DNA of 64,000 nucleotides from positions 1 through 64,000 of IMG/VR virus record IMGVR_UViG_3300047510_003392, one strand, 5' to 3'. Positions 19,991-30,125 of this stretch are shown one piece after another. A model generated the notes under the pieces. The model made no database searches and was not told where the DNA came from. It worked only from the letters and a program-made list of their open reading frames with translations. Within the stretch, counting starts at the first letter, position 1; the number at the start of each line of letters is the position of its first letter. Made by a program: the position numbers and the translations under genes. The stretch is from a virus.

Positions 19991-20933
19991 TATCTATGAA
20001 TACTTGTTTAAACTGTTTCATTACATTTTTTGGGGAGAACTTGGTTGAATAACAATCCCAATTCACATCTTTCACATAATTTTTATCTATCTGCATTAAA
20101 TATGCAATCAAATCGTTTCCATCTTTGTATAGCAGAGCTTTTTCTCCCAAGATATCTATATGTGCTCTCATATACCACCAATAAGGAGCATCGTAAGTAA
20201 AAATTGGCTTATTTCTTGAAGAAAATTCCGCAACCGCTAGTCCGAATGTTTCTCCATCAGATCTTGCGTGCAACATCGCATCACAAGTGTTAATAAATTT
20301 TGTTTTATAAAAATTACTTGGATTATACGGTAAGAACTTTACACGCGGATGTTCTACAAACTTTTCCGTGTTCAAGAATATTGCCCACATATCTTTTCTA
20401 TTTTGTAGTGCATACATCAACGCCTGCTTTGCAAATATTAAATCAAATTGCTTACTTCCACCCAATCTGCCGACAACAAACGCATCCATTGGAATTCCTA
20501 GTTCTTCGTGGAGCGTTTCATTGGTGTCGGGCAAATTTACCATATGAGGAACCCATTCTTTTCTATCAAACCTTTTTGCCAACCATTCACTAACTCCAGC
20601 ATATACGTCGCCGTGAGGTTCCTCCATGCTAAAAATACAATGTATAGCATTTTTACAATTCGTTGGAAGCAATCCTTCGCTTCTTCCACCAGCTTTTGCA
20701 GTATAAAATAAGTCTATATTTTCTTTATCAATTATATATGGAATTTCCGACTCACTTTCATATAGCTCACACTTGAATTCTGTATATTTTTCTATGGGAG
20801 ATGTTGATTCCGGTCTAGAACTTATGATTACGGGCTCAATCCCAAGATGGTCTCTTATACCGGCGGAATAGTCATAGGCAACCGTGCCACAGCCTCTTTG
20901 GTCCAGTTGTTTTACGTGTACTGCTATTTTCAT
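19971..20933 (-). CDS. Glycosyltransferase (GT-B/GT4-like), tandem paralog
   Basis: RGCGTVAYDY, FINTCDAMLHARSDGETFGLAVAEF. Confidence 0.8.
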   Translation of the reverse strand: MKIAVHVKQLDQRGCGTVAYDYSAGIRDHLGIEPVIISSRPESTSPIEKYTEFKCELYESESEIPYIIDKENIDLFYTAKAGGRSEGLLPTNCKNAIHCIFSMEEPHGDVYAGVSEWLAKRFDRKEWVPHMVNLPDTNETLHEELGIPMDAFVVGRLGGSKQFDLIFAKQALMYALQNRKDMWAIFLNTEKFVEHPRVKFLPYNPSNFYKTKFINTCDAMLHARSDGETFGLAVAEFSSRNKPIFTYDAPYWWYMRAHIDILGEKALLYKDGNDLIAYLMQIDKNYVKDVNWDCYSTKFSPKNVMKQFKQVFIDNENSIS

Positions 20934-21667
20934 GGTACGATTCTCCGAAGCGTATGCATTTCTGGAGACAAATTCTTAAGGTTTTTCCAGTCATCCCATT
21001 TTGCACTTATGAATTTACCAGAAACTCCATCACTTTTTTCAGAAATCAACCATTCTACTAGTTGCATTGCAGGTTCTGGGTCGTCTCCATTTTCACTTTG
21101 GCGCTTTGCCTTTTCATACTCTTGAATGCCGATTATTTCTGGTCCCGCATTTATTGGCCCGTCCACAATTCCAGTTTTTATTGCACCAGGAGCTACAGCA
21201 TTAATATCCAAGGTCGGCTCTTCCAAGGCCATCGTTTCTACCAACCTAACTACAGCAGTTTTTGCTACTGCGTATGCAGAAAAATATGCTCTGCCATTTC
21301 CGGCACCACCTCCAGCCATACATACTATCTTTTGCCGCTTGTCGGTGCGCATCAATGGATAAAATTCTCTCAAAACATTATATGTTCCGTCCAAGTTTAT
21401 TCTTATTGTTTGTGACCAATTTTCCGGATTTGTCTTTGATACTTTACCCAGTTCACCCTGCGTCCCAGCACACGTAATGATTGCATCAAAATAAACATCG
21501 CAATCAAGAAAGTAGTTAGCCCATCCACGTACTTCTTCTATATTTGATACATCGCAAGGATATTTTGAAGAACGAGAAAGACCATAGACATTGTGTCCAT
21601 TTTTCTCAAACCTATCAGATAGCATCTTTCCAATACCAAAAGTATTACCTGTTATTAGAATGTTCAT
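20930..21667 (-). CDS. Short-chain dehydrogenase/reductase
   Basis: ITGNTFGIG, CAG, YAVAK, NAVAPG; start MNILITG. Confidence 0.88.
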   Translation of the reverse strand: MNILITGNTFGIGKMLSDRFEKNGHNVYGLSRSSKYPCDVSNIEEVRGWANYFLDCDVYFDAIITCAGTQGELGKVSKTNPENWSQTIRINLDGTYNVLREFYPLMRTDKRQKIVCMAGGGAGNGRAYFSAYAVAKTAVVRLVETMALEEPTLDINAVAPGAIKTGIVDGPINAGPEIIGIQEYEKAKRQSENGDDPEPAMQLVEWLISEKSDGVSGKFISAKWDDWKNLKNLSPEMHTLRRIVP

Positions 21668-22388
21668 CGTTCGATTTCTTAATTGATGGAATGAGAGACA
21701 GGCCAAGATTGTATTTTTGGTCCAATTGAATCAGATTGTGTATTTCTCTTCCGAGTGTGTCATTGGTATATGGTCCACCAGCTTTTAGATAAGACAACTT
21801 ACCTATACGTTTATCTGTTTGCAATCCTGCGGTTATATCTGACGAATTTGCTCCCACCGCCTTTGCAACTTTATCTATTTCATTTATAAATGCAATAGAC
21901 ATCGCCAAATATGAATTCAATGCGTGTTTTACCATTTCAGCAGACTCCAAACTCATCCAAATTATATCGGAAGACAATGGACGAAACAATTCGGTAAGTA
22001 CATCTTTTGAGAATCTATCGCATCCAACAACAATTCGTTCTGGGTTCAGAAAATCATTTATTGCTCTACCTCGCCTTAGATTTTCTGGAGAACAGGCAAT
22101 TCTGATATCTGTATATACGTTCTCCAGCATTCTGCACGTTCCAACTGGAACTTGGGTGGATATCAAAGCAATAGCATTATTTTTGGCAAATGGAAGTACT
22201 CTTCCCAACCATTCAAATATAATTTTTGAATCTGGCTTTCCGTCTTTATCAACCGGCGTGTCATAGCAAACCCAAATAACGTCACTATCTCCAACCTTAG
22301 AATCATCAACATTTACTTGATGAAATTGTTCCATACAAGCGGCAGTTATATATGCCAAATGTCCGTGTCCTATTACTGATATTTTCAT
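21645..22388 (-). CDS. UDP-glucose/GDP-mannose dehydrogenase-like protein (short, degenerate)
   Basis: VIGHGHL, DTPVD, STQVPVGT, SPENLRRG, SAEMVKHALNSYLAMSIAFINE, DKRIG; lacks GGSC catalytic Cys and C-terminal domain. Confidence 0.75.
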   Translation of the reverse strand: MKISVIGHGHLAYITAACMEQFHQVNVDDSKVGDSDVIWVCYDTPVDKDGKPDSKIIFEWLGRVLPFAKNNAIALISTQVPVGTCRMLENVYTDIRIACSPENLRRGRAINDFLNPERIVVGCDRFSKDVLTELFRPLSSDIIWMSLESAEMVKHALNSYLAMSIAFINEIDKVAKAVGANSSDITAGLQTDKRIGKLSYLKAGGPYTNDTLGREIHNLIQLDQKYNLGLSLIPSIKKSNDEHSNNR

Positions 22389-22391
22389 AAT

Positions 22392-23075
22392 TTATCCTTG
22401 TCCCATGTTGGCTTGTTTAGACCAGTTTTGGTTATAAAACAAGTTTTGCGCACGTTGCCTGTCTATTGTTTTATCATGAATGATAGCCCAATCTACTTCT
22501 TTTGGAAGCATGGTGACATATTCCGCACCCATCACAGTTTCGTGTAGTGGCTTTTGCCATTGTATCTTTAGACTATTTTTGTATATACGAGATTGATAAT
22601 CGCCGTGATTCCAATTTATTATTGGTTCATTGCCAAAATATTCCGGTAATGTACTAAGATGCCATCCCCACATCGCGGCATCTTGCTGAGTTGCTCCTCG
22701 TACAATATTTACTCTCGGGACTCTATATAATTCAACTTTTGGGTTTGATTTTATCAACTCTTGCATATTTTGCAACAGTTCGGGCCGCAGATACTCGTCT
22801 GCGTCAAGCTGAACAATATAATCTCCAACACAACGCTTGCTACCATAATTTTTATGTTCTGCGAAGTTTTTATTTAGCGCGTGTTGAATTACACTAAATC
22901 CGTAGCTTTTTCCTTTTTCGAGTATCTTTTTGGTATCCTCGTTGTCGGAAAAATCATCGAGAATAACAACTTCGTCGCTAGAAGCATTTGACTCGATGTG
23001 AGTGTTGAGCCTCTCAACTAACCCAAGAAGCTCAACAGTCTCATTCTTACATGTAACCAAATAACTTATTTTCAC
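22392..23075 (-). CDS. Glycosyltransferase family 2
   Basis: LDDFSD, FAEHKN, QLDADE, PRVN, DYQSRIY, LHE. Confidence 0.85.
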   Translation of the reverse strand: MKISYLVTCKNETVELLGLVERLNTHIESNASSDEVVILDDFSDNEDTKKILEKGKSYGFSVIQHALNKNFAEHKNYGSKRCVGDYIVQLDADEYLRPELLQNMQELIKSNPKVELYRVPRVNIVRGATQQDAAMWGWHLSTLPEYFGNEPIINWNHGDYQSRIYKNSLKIQWQKPLHETVMGAEYVTMLPKEVDWAIIHDKTIDRQRAQNLFYNQNWSKQANMGQG

Positions 23076-24370
23076 GATGTCGTCGGAGTTATTTTTTTGA
23101 ATTTTGGAAGCGTAATTCCTACCTTCTTTTCGAAGACGGGAAGATGTTTGTCTAACACATCTACTAGTACTTTCCCAGCAGCTTCAAGACTAAACTTTTC
23201 TGCATTTTGAACACGCAGTTTTTCGGCGTTTGGAATATAGTTTATATAGTTTGTGTATATATCTTCCAACTTCTGTGCAGCAACGCTGTAGTTTGCATTA
23301 AACCACTGACCTTCTTTTACCAGCCATTCGTTGCACGCACTTGGAGGTACGTTTACCATTGTACCAGGTAACAAGTTTGCAAGATTCTCTGGAAGAAAAT
23401 CTACGTGACCACTCCAATTAGTAGTAAGTAGCGGTTTTCCGCTTAGAGTTGCCTCTAGCAACGGTCTTCCAAATCCTTCACCGTGCGTAAGGCTTACGTG
23501 AGCTTTTACCTTTGGATGATTATATAAACGATTCAACTCTGTAGTAGTCAGTTCACCGTGTATTAGGTATATATTAGGAAGAGTTCCAGATATAGGCGCA
23601 CGAATGTCGTTTATTTTTTTAAGTATTTCGGTTTTATCTATCTTCGAGAATGTTGCCCCGCTAGTCTTGAGAATCAACGCTGGTGCATTTTTCTTGTTCT
23701 TAAATACTTCACTAAATATCTTTACAAGCATTCCGACATCTTTTCTGTCTGCGCCAAGGTCGCCTTGAATCCAATGTCCTACGAACAGATAGCAGAATGT
23801 TTCTGGTATTGCATTTAGTGCAGAATCTATTTCTTCGGACGGTTCGTTCGTTTTCTTGTAAATACTTGTATCTACCCCCTCGAATACAACTTCAATCGGT
23901 TTATTAAGTTGAATTTTCTCTACTACCCCAGTTCTTTCGTCTCTGCGGTCATAAACAGTTTTTACAAATACTTCTTTGGCAAAATTAGAAGGAACGATAT
24001 TCAAGTTCATTCTATTAAGACCTTCCAACCACTCTGGTTTTGGTACAGTACTTTCAATACCCGCCGTCACTCCGATATTATATTTTCCTCGTGGCTGGAA
24101 TTCGTTTGGAATGGATACTTGCACAAACAATTCGGGTTGTGCAGTTAGTTGTGTGGTCAATATTCTATTCTTGATTTCTCTAACCATAGGACGGCTTTCG
24201 TCGTCCAACATGGTATTGGGGCATACTCCCCATCGCATTGGTACGATCTTAACGTCGAACTTATCATACTTGATAATGTCAGCCGCTAATGCGAAGCAAT
24301 GGTCGCCATATCCAGAGCGCGATGCTATTGGACCTTGTATGACACATACTGGTTTAATTTCGTTACTCAT
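23072..24370 (-). CDS. Glycosyltransferase family 4
   Basis: SRSGYG, DRKDVG, THGEGFGRPLLEA, WSGHVDF. Confidence 0.85.
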   Translation of the reverse strand: MSNEIKPVCVIQGPIASRSGYGDHCFALAADIIKYDKFDVKIVPMRWGVCPNTMLDDESRPMVREIKNRILTTQLTAQPELFVQVSIPNEFQPRGKYNIGVTAGIESTVPKPEWLEGLNRMNLNIVPSNFAKEVFVKTVYDRRDERTGVVEKIQLNKPIEVVFEGVDTSIYKKTNEPSEEIDSALNAIPETFCYLFVGHWIQGDLGADRKDVGMLVKIFSEVFKNKKNAPALILKTSGATFSKIDKTEILKKINDIRAPISGTLPNIYLIHGELTTTELNRLYNHPKVKAHVSLTHGEGFGRPLLEATLSGKPLLTTNWSGHVDFLPENLANLLPGTMVNVPPSACNEWLVKEGQWFNANYSVAAQKLEDIYTNYINYIPNAEKLRVQNAEKFSLEAAGKVLVDVLDKHLPVFEKKVGITLPKFKKITPTTS

Positions 24371-24389
24371 TTATATAACCTTTTGTTTG

Positions 24390-24581
24390 TTATGGTGCTG
24401 TACCCGGCGTGTTTTGACCTTCTTGTTCTTGAATAATAGCTTCCATCTCAGATTTAACATCGTTGATGCGATCTTTGAAGTCAGTCATAACAACTCGCTT
24501 TTCCATTTCGATTTCACGAAGTTGCTTGGCAAGTTCGTAGATTTTTGTCTTTGCTTCTTCTTTAGTCAATGCTTTAGCCAT
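24390..24581 (-). CDS. Small coiled-coil protein
   Basis: 63 aa heptad pattern, in operon. Confidence 0.6.
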   Translation of the reverse strand: MAKALTKEEAKTKIYELAKQLREIEMEKRVVMTDFKDRINDVKSEMEAIIQEQEGQNTPGTAP

Positions 24582-24589
24582 AATGTTCC

Positions 24590-26068
24590 TTATTTGTTAT
24601 ATTTTTTTAGTACTTCATCCTTGTTGATCTTTGGAATTGGAAATCCAAGACTGTTATTTGGCATGTTGTGCCCAACATATTCGTCGTGACGATGAAGATT
24701 AAATCTTTCGCGACCTTTCCAGTTTGCCATCATATTTTCTAAGCCAGATGCCATTTTTTCACACATGCTTTCTGCACTTAGTCCACCAACTCCGCACATC
24801 CATTCTCTACCTTCCAGTGCATACTCACGGCGCTTTTCCTTGCTGGTCAAATACCAATACATAAATGCTTCAGCACAATCTTCCCACTTGGCATAATCGG
24901 CAAGAATATATGGAGTAGGAATACTACCTTGCATCATTCTTGCACCCGGAAAGATTGGTGTAACCCATCTACCGTGTTTCTTATATCTACCATCGGCATT
25001 AGTTCCCCATCCATTTTCAAATTGGACAGGATTTCCGGCATCGTCTGTAAATCCGCACTGGTCCTGAAGTCCTCCCGTAACCGTAACGATGATTGGAGTA
25101 CCCGCCATTACACTCTCCGCAGTAGCAATACCAAATCCCTCGTTGTCGGAAAGATTTACCGTCACATCTGCCATGTTGTAGAGTTGATTCATTCTTTCTG
25201 GTAGAACCTTTTCAACGCTGAATATCACATCATAGTTCGGGCAAAATGCCTGCTTACACGCGGGCAAATCAGTGCCTGCTTCATCTACTGGGTGTGTATG
25301 TAGAAACAATACGCACTTTGCTGCTTCTTCTTTTGGTAGATTGTCGCAGAATGCTCTGTAGGCAAGCATTATTGTACTGGTTTGCTTACGACGAATATTT
25401 CTATTGTTATAGAATATTACAAACTTATAGTCCTTCTTGAAATACTGTCTGCGTATTAGTTGCAGTTCACTTAGTTCAGCATCTGTGGTCAACGGTCTAA
25501 ACATCTTGCGATTGATGCCGTGCGGTACATACGATACAGTTGTAGGATTATTTAGTGTAGTTCCAAGAATATTCTTTACGATATTTTCTGTCTGCTTGCT
25601 GATACAACCAATCCAATCGCACGATTCATAATATGGACGATTATACATAGGATATGGAAGATCGTCCCAGATGCTATAGAACCCGATTGGAATCTTCTGA
25701 CGCAATTCACGCTCGATTTGATATAACCAGATCCAAAAACGCGGATCAGTAAAATGAAGCAGCGCATCAGGCTTTTCCATCTTAATAACTTCGTTTAGAA
25801 GATTGGCGTCGCCATAACCATCAACCGGATATAGGCGAACGTATGCGTCGTCTATGCCAGCAACTTGGTTGGTGGCTTGGTCAAGATTCATTATCTTGCC
25901 TTTTTCAGGATGCGTAACGCTACCTGCCATTTGTACCCAGTTGTATTTGCCTGCCAAGCCTGTAACAAACTCTCTTGCCATTGTAGCAATACCAGAATGC
26001 ATTCTCAGGTCATCGCAAAGCAGTATAATCTTCTTTCTGTCCTTCTGAGGAATATAACTATTTACCAT
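24590..26068 (-). CDS. Glycosyltransferase family 4
   Basis: DDLRMHSGIAT, TDPRFW, NRNIRRK, NEGFGIATAES, TGGLQDQ; promoter TTGACA-16-CATAAT upstream. Confidence 0.88.
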   Translation of the reverse strand: MVNSYIPQKDRKKIILLCDDLRMHSGIATMAREFVTGLAGKYNWVQMAGSVTHPEKGKIMNLDQATNQVAGIDDAYVRLYPVDGYGDANLLNEVIKMEKPDALLHFTDPRFWIWLYQIERELRQKIPIGFYSIWDDLPYPMYNRPYYESCDWIGCISKQTENIVKNILGTTLNNPTTVSYVPHGINRKMFRPLTTDAELSELQLIRRQYFKKDYKFVIFYNNRNIRRKQTSTIMLAYRAFCDNLPKEEAAKCVLFLHTHPVDEAGTDLPACKQAFCPNYDVIFSVEKVLPERMNQLYNMADVTVNLSDNEGFGIATAESVMAGTPIIVTVTGGLQDQCGFTDDAGNPVQFENGWGTNADGRYKKHGRWVTPIFPGARMMQGSIPTPYILADYAKWEDCAEAFMYWYLTSKEKRREYALEGREWMCGVGGLSAESMCEKMASGLENMMANWKGRERFNLHRHDEYVGHNMPNNSLGFPIPKINKDEVLKKYNK

Positions 26069-26113
26069 ATATAACCTTGTATTATGTTTTAAATCTGCGT
26101 TATGTCAAATTAT

Positions 26114-26323
26114 TTAAAATGCAGAACCGCTGATTTGTAAAGAATTTTCTTCGTTGAGCTTCTTTCTGAACTCTGGATCGTTGATATAAAGATATACACA
26201 GCGATTTACGAGTTTTTGCAGCGTCATTCCGCTTGATACACCTGCTTCCTTGAAAGCAGTATATTTGTCCTTGAACAGGTGTACAGAAGTGAATGATGTT
26301 TCGTGGCTAGTTTTTAGTTTCAT
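26114..26323 (-). CDS. Small conserved phage protein (possible ribbon-helix-helix)
   Basis: TSVHL..Y..FK....TLQKLVNR.VYLY. Confidence 0.55.
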   Translation of the reverse strand: MKLKTSHETSFTSVHLFKDKYTAFKEAGVSSGMTLQKLVNRCVYLYINDPEFRKKLNEENSLQISGSAF

Positions 26324-26388
26324 ATATATGATTGTTAGATTTCTCTATATACATATATATGAAACTAGGTTTTCCGTATATATAAAAA

Positions 26389-27504
26389 TTATGCATCTAT
26401 GATTTTTGGTTCTTTTACATTGCCCCGTTTCCATAGTAACCACTCACTTTCCCAAATATATTTAATGTTGTATCCCAGAAGCTTCAATTTATCAAAGCGT
26501 TCAAACGTTTTTTTATATGCTTCAGACGCGGTCTGACCACCACGGCAACGTATTTTTGTGTTACCGTCATATGTTTTTGGGTTGCCGTGCCAATAATCTC
26601 CCAGATATTCAAAAATAGTTTTTGTTCTTTTATCAAGCCCATCAACTACATATTTCGTTGATGGTATTGAAAAATTTCTAAACTTTTTAGGTATTTTACA
26701 ATAATCTAAAAACTCGGACTCTCCTCTCGATGTCATTCCGGCATCAAAACATTTTCTACAACCTCTCGGTCCATCTTTGCGCAAATGAGAATGCGGCGTC
26801 ATAAAAAAAGGACCGTGTTTCTTGCATATAATTACTACTTTGTCCGCACTAGTTTTATATTCAACCTTGGAATAGTCATATTTGTCCCCGTGAAGTTTAA
26901 TTGCATTTTTTATAAATTCTTCCTTGGTTCCCTTCCTACATTCCAAACAATTAAATCCAGCCAAATGTGCCTTTGGTAGTTGCTCAACCACCCCATGTCG
27001 CTTACATATTATTTTTACTTTTTTTGAAGAGTGGATGTATTTTGCCAGTGAATAGTCGTATCTGTCACCGTGTATTTTTTTGGACTCTATAATAAACTCG
27101 TCGGTCGTATAACTCAACTTCTCATGTCCACACTTTCTGCACCCAAACCCTCTGAGGTGGGTGACCGCTTTTTGTTCAAATTTCCCGTGAACTTTACATA
27201 TTATTTTTATCTTACTTGCCGCAGATTTATATTTGACCAGCGAGTAATCATATTTTTCTCCGTGAATTAATTTTGCTTTATCCAAAAATTCATATAATGA
27301 AAACCGTAAATTGTCATGTTGACATTTTGAACAGCCTTTTCCTCTAGAATGATTGGTTGCCGACTGTTGGAACACGCCGTGGATTTTACATACAATTTTT
27401 ACGCGATCAAATGCAGTTCTATATTGAACCAAAGAGTAATCATAAGTATCCCCGTGCACCCTGCGAGCATCCGTTATAAATTCTGCGGTTGTTTTCCGGC
27501 GCAT
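26389..27504 (-). CDS. DUF723-repeat homing-type endonuclease
   Basis: Four repeats F...HGD.YDYS.V.Y.....KV.I.CK.HG...H..G..C..C plus C-terminal VDG...IFEYLGDYWHGN...LGYNIKYIWE nuclease domain. Confidence 0.8.
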   Translation of the reverse strand: MRRKTTAEFITDARRVHGDTYDYSLVQYRTAFDRVKIVCKIHGVFQQSATNHSRGKGCSKCQHDNLRFSLYEFLDKAKLIHGEKYDYSLVKYKSAASKIKIICKVHGKFEQKAVTHLRGFGCRKCGHEKLSYTTDEFIIESKKIHGDRYDYSLAKYIHSSKKVKIICKRHGVVEQLPKAHLAGFNCLECRKGTKEEFIKNAIKLHGDKYDYSKVEYKTSADKVVIICKKHGPFFMTPHSHLRKDGPRGCRKCFDAGMTSRGESEFLDYCKIPKKFRNFSIPSTKYVVDGLDKRTKTIFEYLGDYWHGNPKTYDGNTKIRCRGGQTASEAYKKTFERFDKLKLLGYNIKYIWESEWLLWKRGNVKEPKIIDA

Positions 27505-27512
27505 AAAAACTA

Positions 27513-28523
27513 TTAGCCTTCTTTTCCATTACAATAAAGTTCTCCGGTATCGTTCTTGAGTGTCTTGAAGATACAATACTTGCAGTTTTTGCGGCCCTTG
27601 CCAGGATTCTTTAGAAACACAGCGTCTTTATTATATTCGCCGTTGTCATCAAAACCATTTTTTATAAAGTCAAGAAAAGCAGATTCTACTTCTTTCATGT
27701 TCATCTTTCCATCTGGTGGCGATATACGTTGAATACGCTGCTGCGGAAACTCAGCATCTTCAAGCAACTTACGCTTGACTACAAAGAACTCAACTTCTAT
27801 ATCAGACATAGGCACCTTGAATACCTGATGATAAAATCTCTTATATAGCAATAGTTGATCAATCTTTGTTCTATCTGCCTTTTGATATTTGTTCCAGCCA
27901 AGACGACTTGTCTTGAAATCTAAAATAAGTATCTTGTTGGTCGTTTTATCCTTGAACACGATATCCAGAAAGCCTTTGTATGTTATAGTATTGTTCTTTA
28001 GCGGTATTTCAAGCGGTAGTTCTATTCCCACTACATCATACTTCTTTGACGGAAAATGCTTGCTGCGTATGGCATAACTGGTTACGTGGTCAAGAATAGT
28101 TCTGCCATCCGACTTGAACTCTGCTACTTGAGATGGCGTAACCAATCCAAGTTCTTCTATATCTTCAGCAGACAATGTAGATACTTGCTCATCAGTTGCC
28201 AGTTTGAGTTGTTTTAGTTCTTCATCAAACGCTGATATGAACTTAGCATAACAATCAAACTCATCTGCTGCCGACGAGCCTACATTATATAACAATCTAA
28301 GATATTCTTGTAATGCTTCATGAATGCCAGTTCCAAACGCAGTATTGATATTGGCTTCATATGGTGCCAACTTGTCTATATACGACAACTTCCATTGCTG
28401 CGGGCACTTTAGCCACATAGCATATTGAGAAAAACTTACGGTCTTGTTCTTCTTCTTTTCTTCAGTTGGAGTTACAGTAGGCACTTCTGCTACTGGTTCG
28501 GCGTAAAAATCATTTATAGACAT
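27513..28523 (-). CDS. PD-(D/E)XK exonuclease (RecB/Cas4-like)
   Basis: SFSQY..W.KCP, FGTGIHEALQ, GFLDIV..ILDFKTS, QLLLYK, CKYC...C; start MSINDF after TTGACA-16-TATACT. Confidence 0.85.
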   Translation of the reverse strand: MSINDFYAEPVAEVPTVTPTEEKKKNKTVSFSQYAMWLKCPQQWKLSYIDKLAPYEANINTAFGTGIHEALQEYLRLLYNVGSSAADEFDCYAKFISAFDEELKQLKLATDEQVSTLSAEDIEELGLVTPSQVAEFKSDGRTILDHVTSYAIRSKHFPSKKYDVVGIELPLEIPLKNNTITYKGFLDIVFKDKTTNKILILDFKTSRLGWNKYQKADRTKIDQLLLYKRFYHQVFKVPMSDIEVEFFVVKRKLLEDAEFPQQRIQRISPPDGKMNMKEVESAFLDFIKNGFDDNGEYNKDAVFLKNPGKGRKNCKYCIFKTLKNDTGELYCNGKEG

Positions 28524-28604
28524 AAAATCAGTATATATCAAGTATTGTTGATGTCAATTGTAAAGAGTTTATATTTATTTACATAAACAAAAAATATATC
28601 ATAT

Positions 28605-29069
28605 ATGGATAATAAAACATTCACACACATTCTACAGAAAAAGGGAGTATTGCGTACTTTTTCGGTGGCAAAGGTTGTAAAGAAGAAAGACATAGATGAG
28701 TTAAAAACTTTGATCAAAAGTATTGCGTCGAATGATGAAGAGTATAATCAGATGCTAAAAGAAGAAATGGCTAAACTATCTGATATGCATAGCGATAAAA
28801 ATCCAATACCTGGCATCATATACAATAATGATGAGTTGTCAGCACGCAGAAACTTGATATATGCCATCGCAAACAAGTTCTCAAAAAATATCAAGAGCAT
28901 GAACTTTGATAAGGGAGAACTTGCTTTCTTGATTTCTTCCATCGTGGCTAAACTTGAGTTAGAGCACGAAGATTTTATCAAACTAAGTGAAGAACTTGAT
29001 AATGAACTTGGCGAAGATGGCGACGAAGATGATGAAGATCAAGAAGATGGCGATGAATACAAATACTAA
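28605..29069 (+). CDS. Hypothetical protein with acidic tail
   Basis: 154 aa ORF, convergent with dNMP kinase. Confidence 0.7.
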   Translation: MDNKTFTHILQKKGVLRTFSVAKVVKKKDIDELKTLIKSIASNDEEYNQMLKEEMAKLSDMHSDKNPIPGIIYNNDELSARRNLIYAIANKFSKNIKSMNFDKGELAFLISSIVAKLELEHEDFIKLSEELDNELGEDGDEDDEDQEDGDEYKY

Positions 29070-29683
29070 AACTTTTGTATCCAGATCTTCATAAACTTTT
29101 CTACGTGTTCGTTCAGTTTTGGATTTAGCAATAGTTCCTCAGTAGTCATCTTGCCTTCATCTTCCCACTCAATCCGATGTTGTGCGGCGGATTTGATTTT
29201 TGGATTGTTGGCTTCTTCGTGGTCATTGGCGGGCAATACAAACTTCTTTACGCCATCAACGATGCTATACTTGCTGATATGACACAGCACTCCTTTGGTT
29301 TCATTCTTCAAGAAGTATAGTTCATCTTTCTCGTATACATCATATCGCACATCCGTAACGATATAAAAGTCATAGTCTGATTCATCAATCGTTTTCTTGG
29401 CAAGATCAATCCAGTATCTGCCATTAGTACGCTTGCGTTGAGCATCGCCATACCATACAAGCATAGGACGAATAAGAACTTTTTCTTCAGGAACTTGTGT
29501 AAAAGCAGATATGCCAAGGTTTTCCAATAAAAACTTATCGCAATGCTGCTTTAGCGGGTCAGCAAATGCGACCTTCTTGACGCTATAACCAGCCTGCTGT
29601 AGTTTCATTTCTACAATAGAAGCAAATGTATCTTTACCGCTGCGGGCTGCGCCTCCAACTCCTATAACATTTTTATTAGACAT
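29066..29683 (-). CDS. Deoxynucleoside monophosphate kinase
   Basis: IGVGGAARSGKDT, AFADPLK, IRPML...G...R, VTDVRY..E; start MSNKNV. Confidence 0.8.
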   Translation of the reverse strand: MSNKNVIGVGGAARSGKDTFASIVEMKLQQAGYSVKKVAFADPLKQHCDKFLLENLGISAFTQVPEEKVLIRPMLVWYGDAQRKRTNGRYWIDLAKKTIDESDYDFYIVTDVRYDVYEKDELYFLKNETKGVLCHISKYSIVDGVKKFVLPANDHEEANNPKIKSAAQHRIEWEDEGKMTTEELLLNPKLNEHVEKFMKIWIQKF

Positions 29684-29687
29684 ATGT

Positions 29688-30122
29688 TTATTCCCATTTA
29701 CGGTGATCTTCTGCCACCCATTCCCAACCATCATATTCAGCAATATGCCATTTTACATCGTCGGGCACTTCAACGATTTTTATTTTACAACTGCTTCCAC
29801 TTGCTGCCTCTGATCCAAGTTCTTCAATCGCCTCAATCAAAAACTTATTGGTTCTGTCATCTGTAAACCCGTCGCCTATGCGATAATCATGTGGATTTTT
29901 TTGCTCTTGAGGATTTGGTATAGAAAACGCAAGATTGTCGCGGCTATATTTTCCATGGTCAGTCAGATCATATGCAGGAACAAGTTTGCTCCTGAGCGTG
30001 GGTTCAGTAGTATATTCATACTTGAAGAAATAACAACTTATGCCTGCTTTTTCGCAGTATAGTTTTAGTGCTTCAGGTGATAGACCAAACCCTCCATAAG
30101 ATGCGTTGATGGCTACTTTCAT
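29688..30122 (-). CDS. Conserved phage protein
   Basis: KVAINASYGGFGLS...IEELG..ASG....KIVEVPDDV.WHIAEYDGWEWVAE pattern seen in many phages. Confidence 0.7.
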   Translation of the reverse strand: MKVAINASYGGFGLSPEALKLYCEKAGISCYFFKYEYTTEPTLRSKLVPAYDLTDHGKYSRDNLAFSIPNPQEQKNPHDYRIGDGFTDDRTNKFLIEAIEELGSEAASGSSCKIKIVEVPDDVKWHIAEYDGWEWVAEDHRKWE

Positions 30123-30125
30123 ATG

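Noticed and set aside
7013-26068. Cellular O-antigen/capsule locus
   Set aside because: No Wzx/Wzy/ABC exporter, interrupted by homing nucleases and surrounded by phage-type genes.
27513-28523. Cas4/CRISPR system
   Set aside because: Solo PD-(D/E)XK exonuclease; no repeat-spacer array or other cas genes seen.
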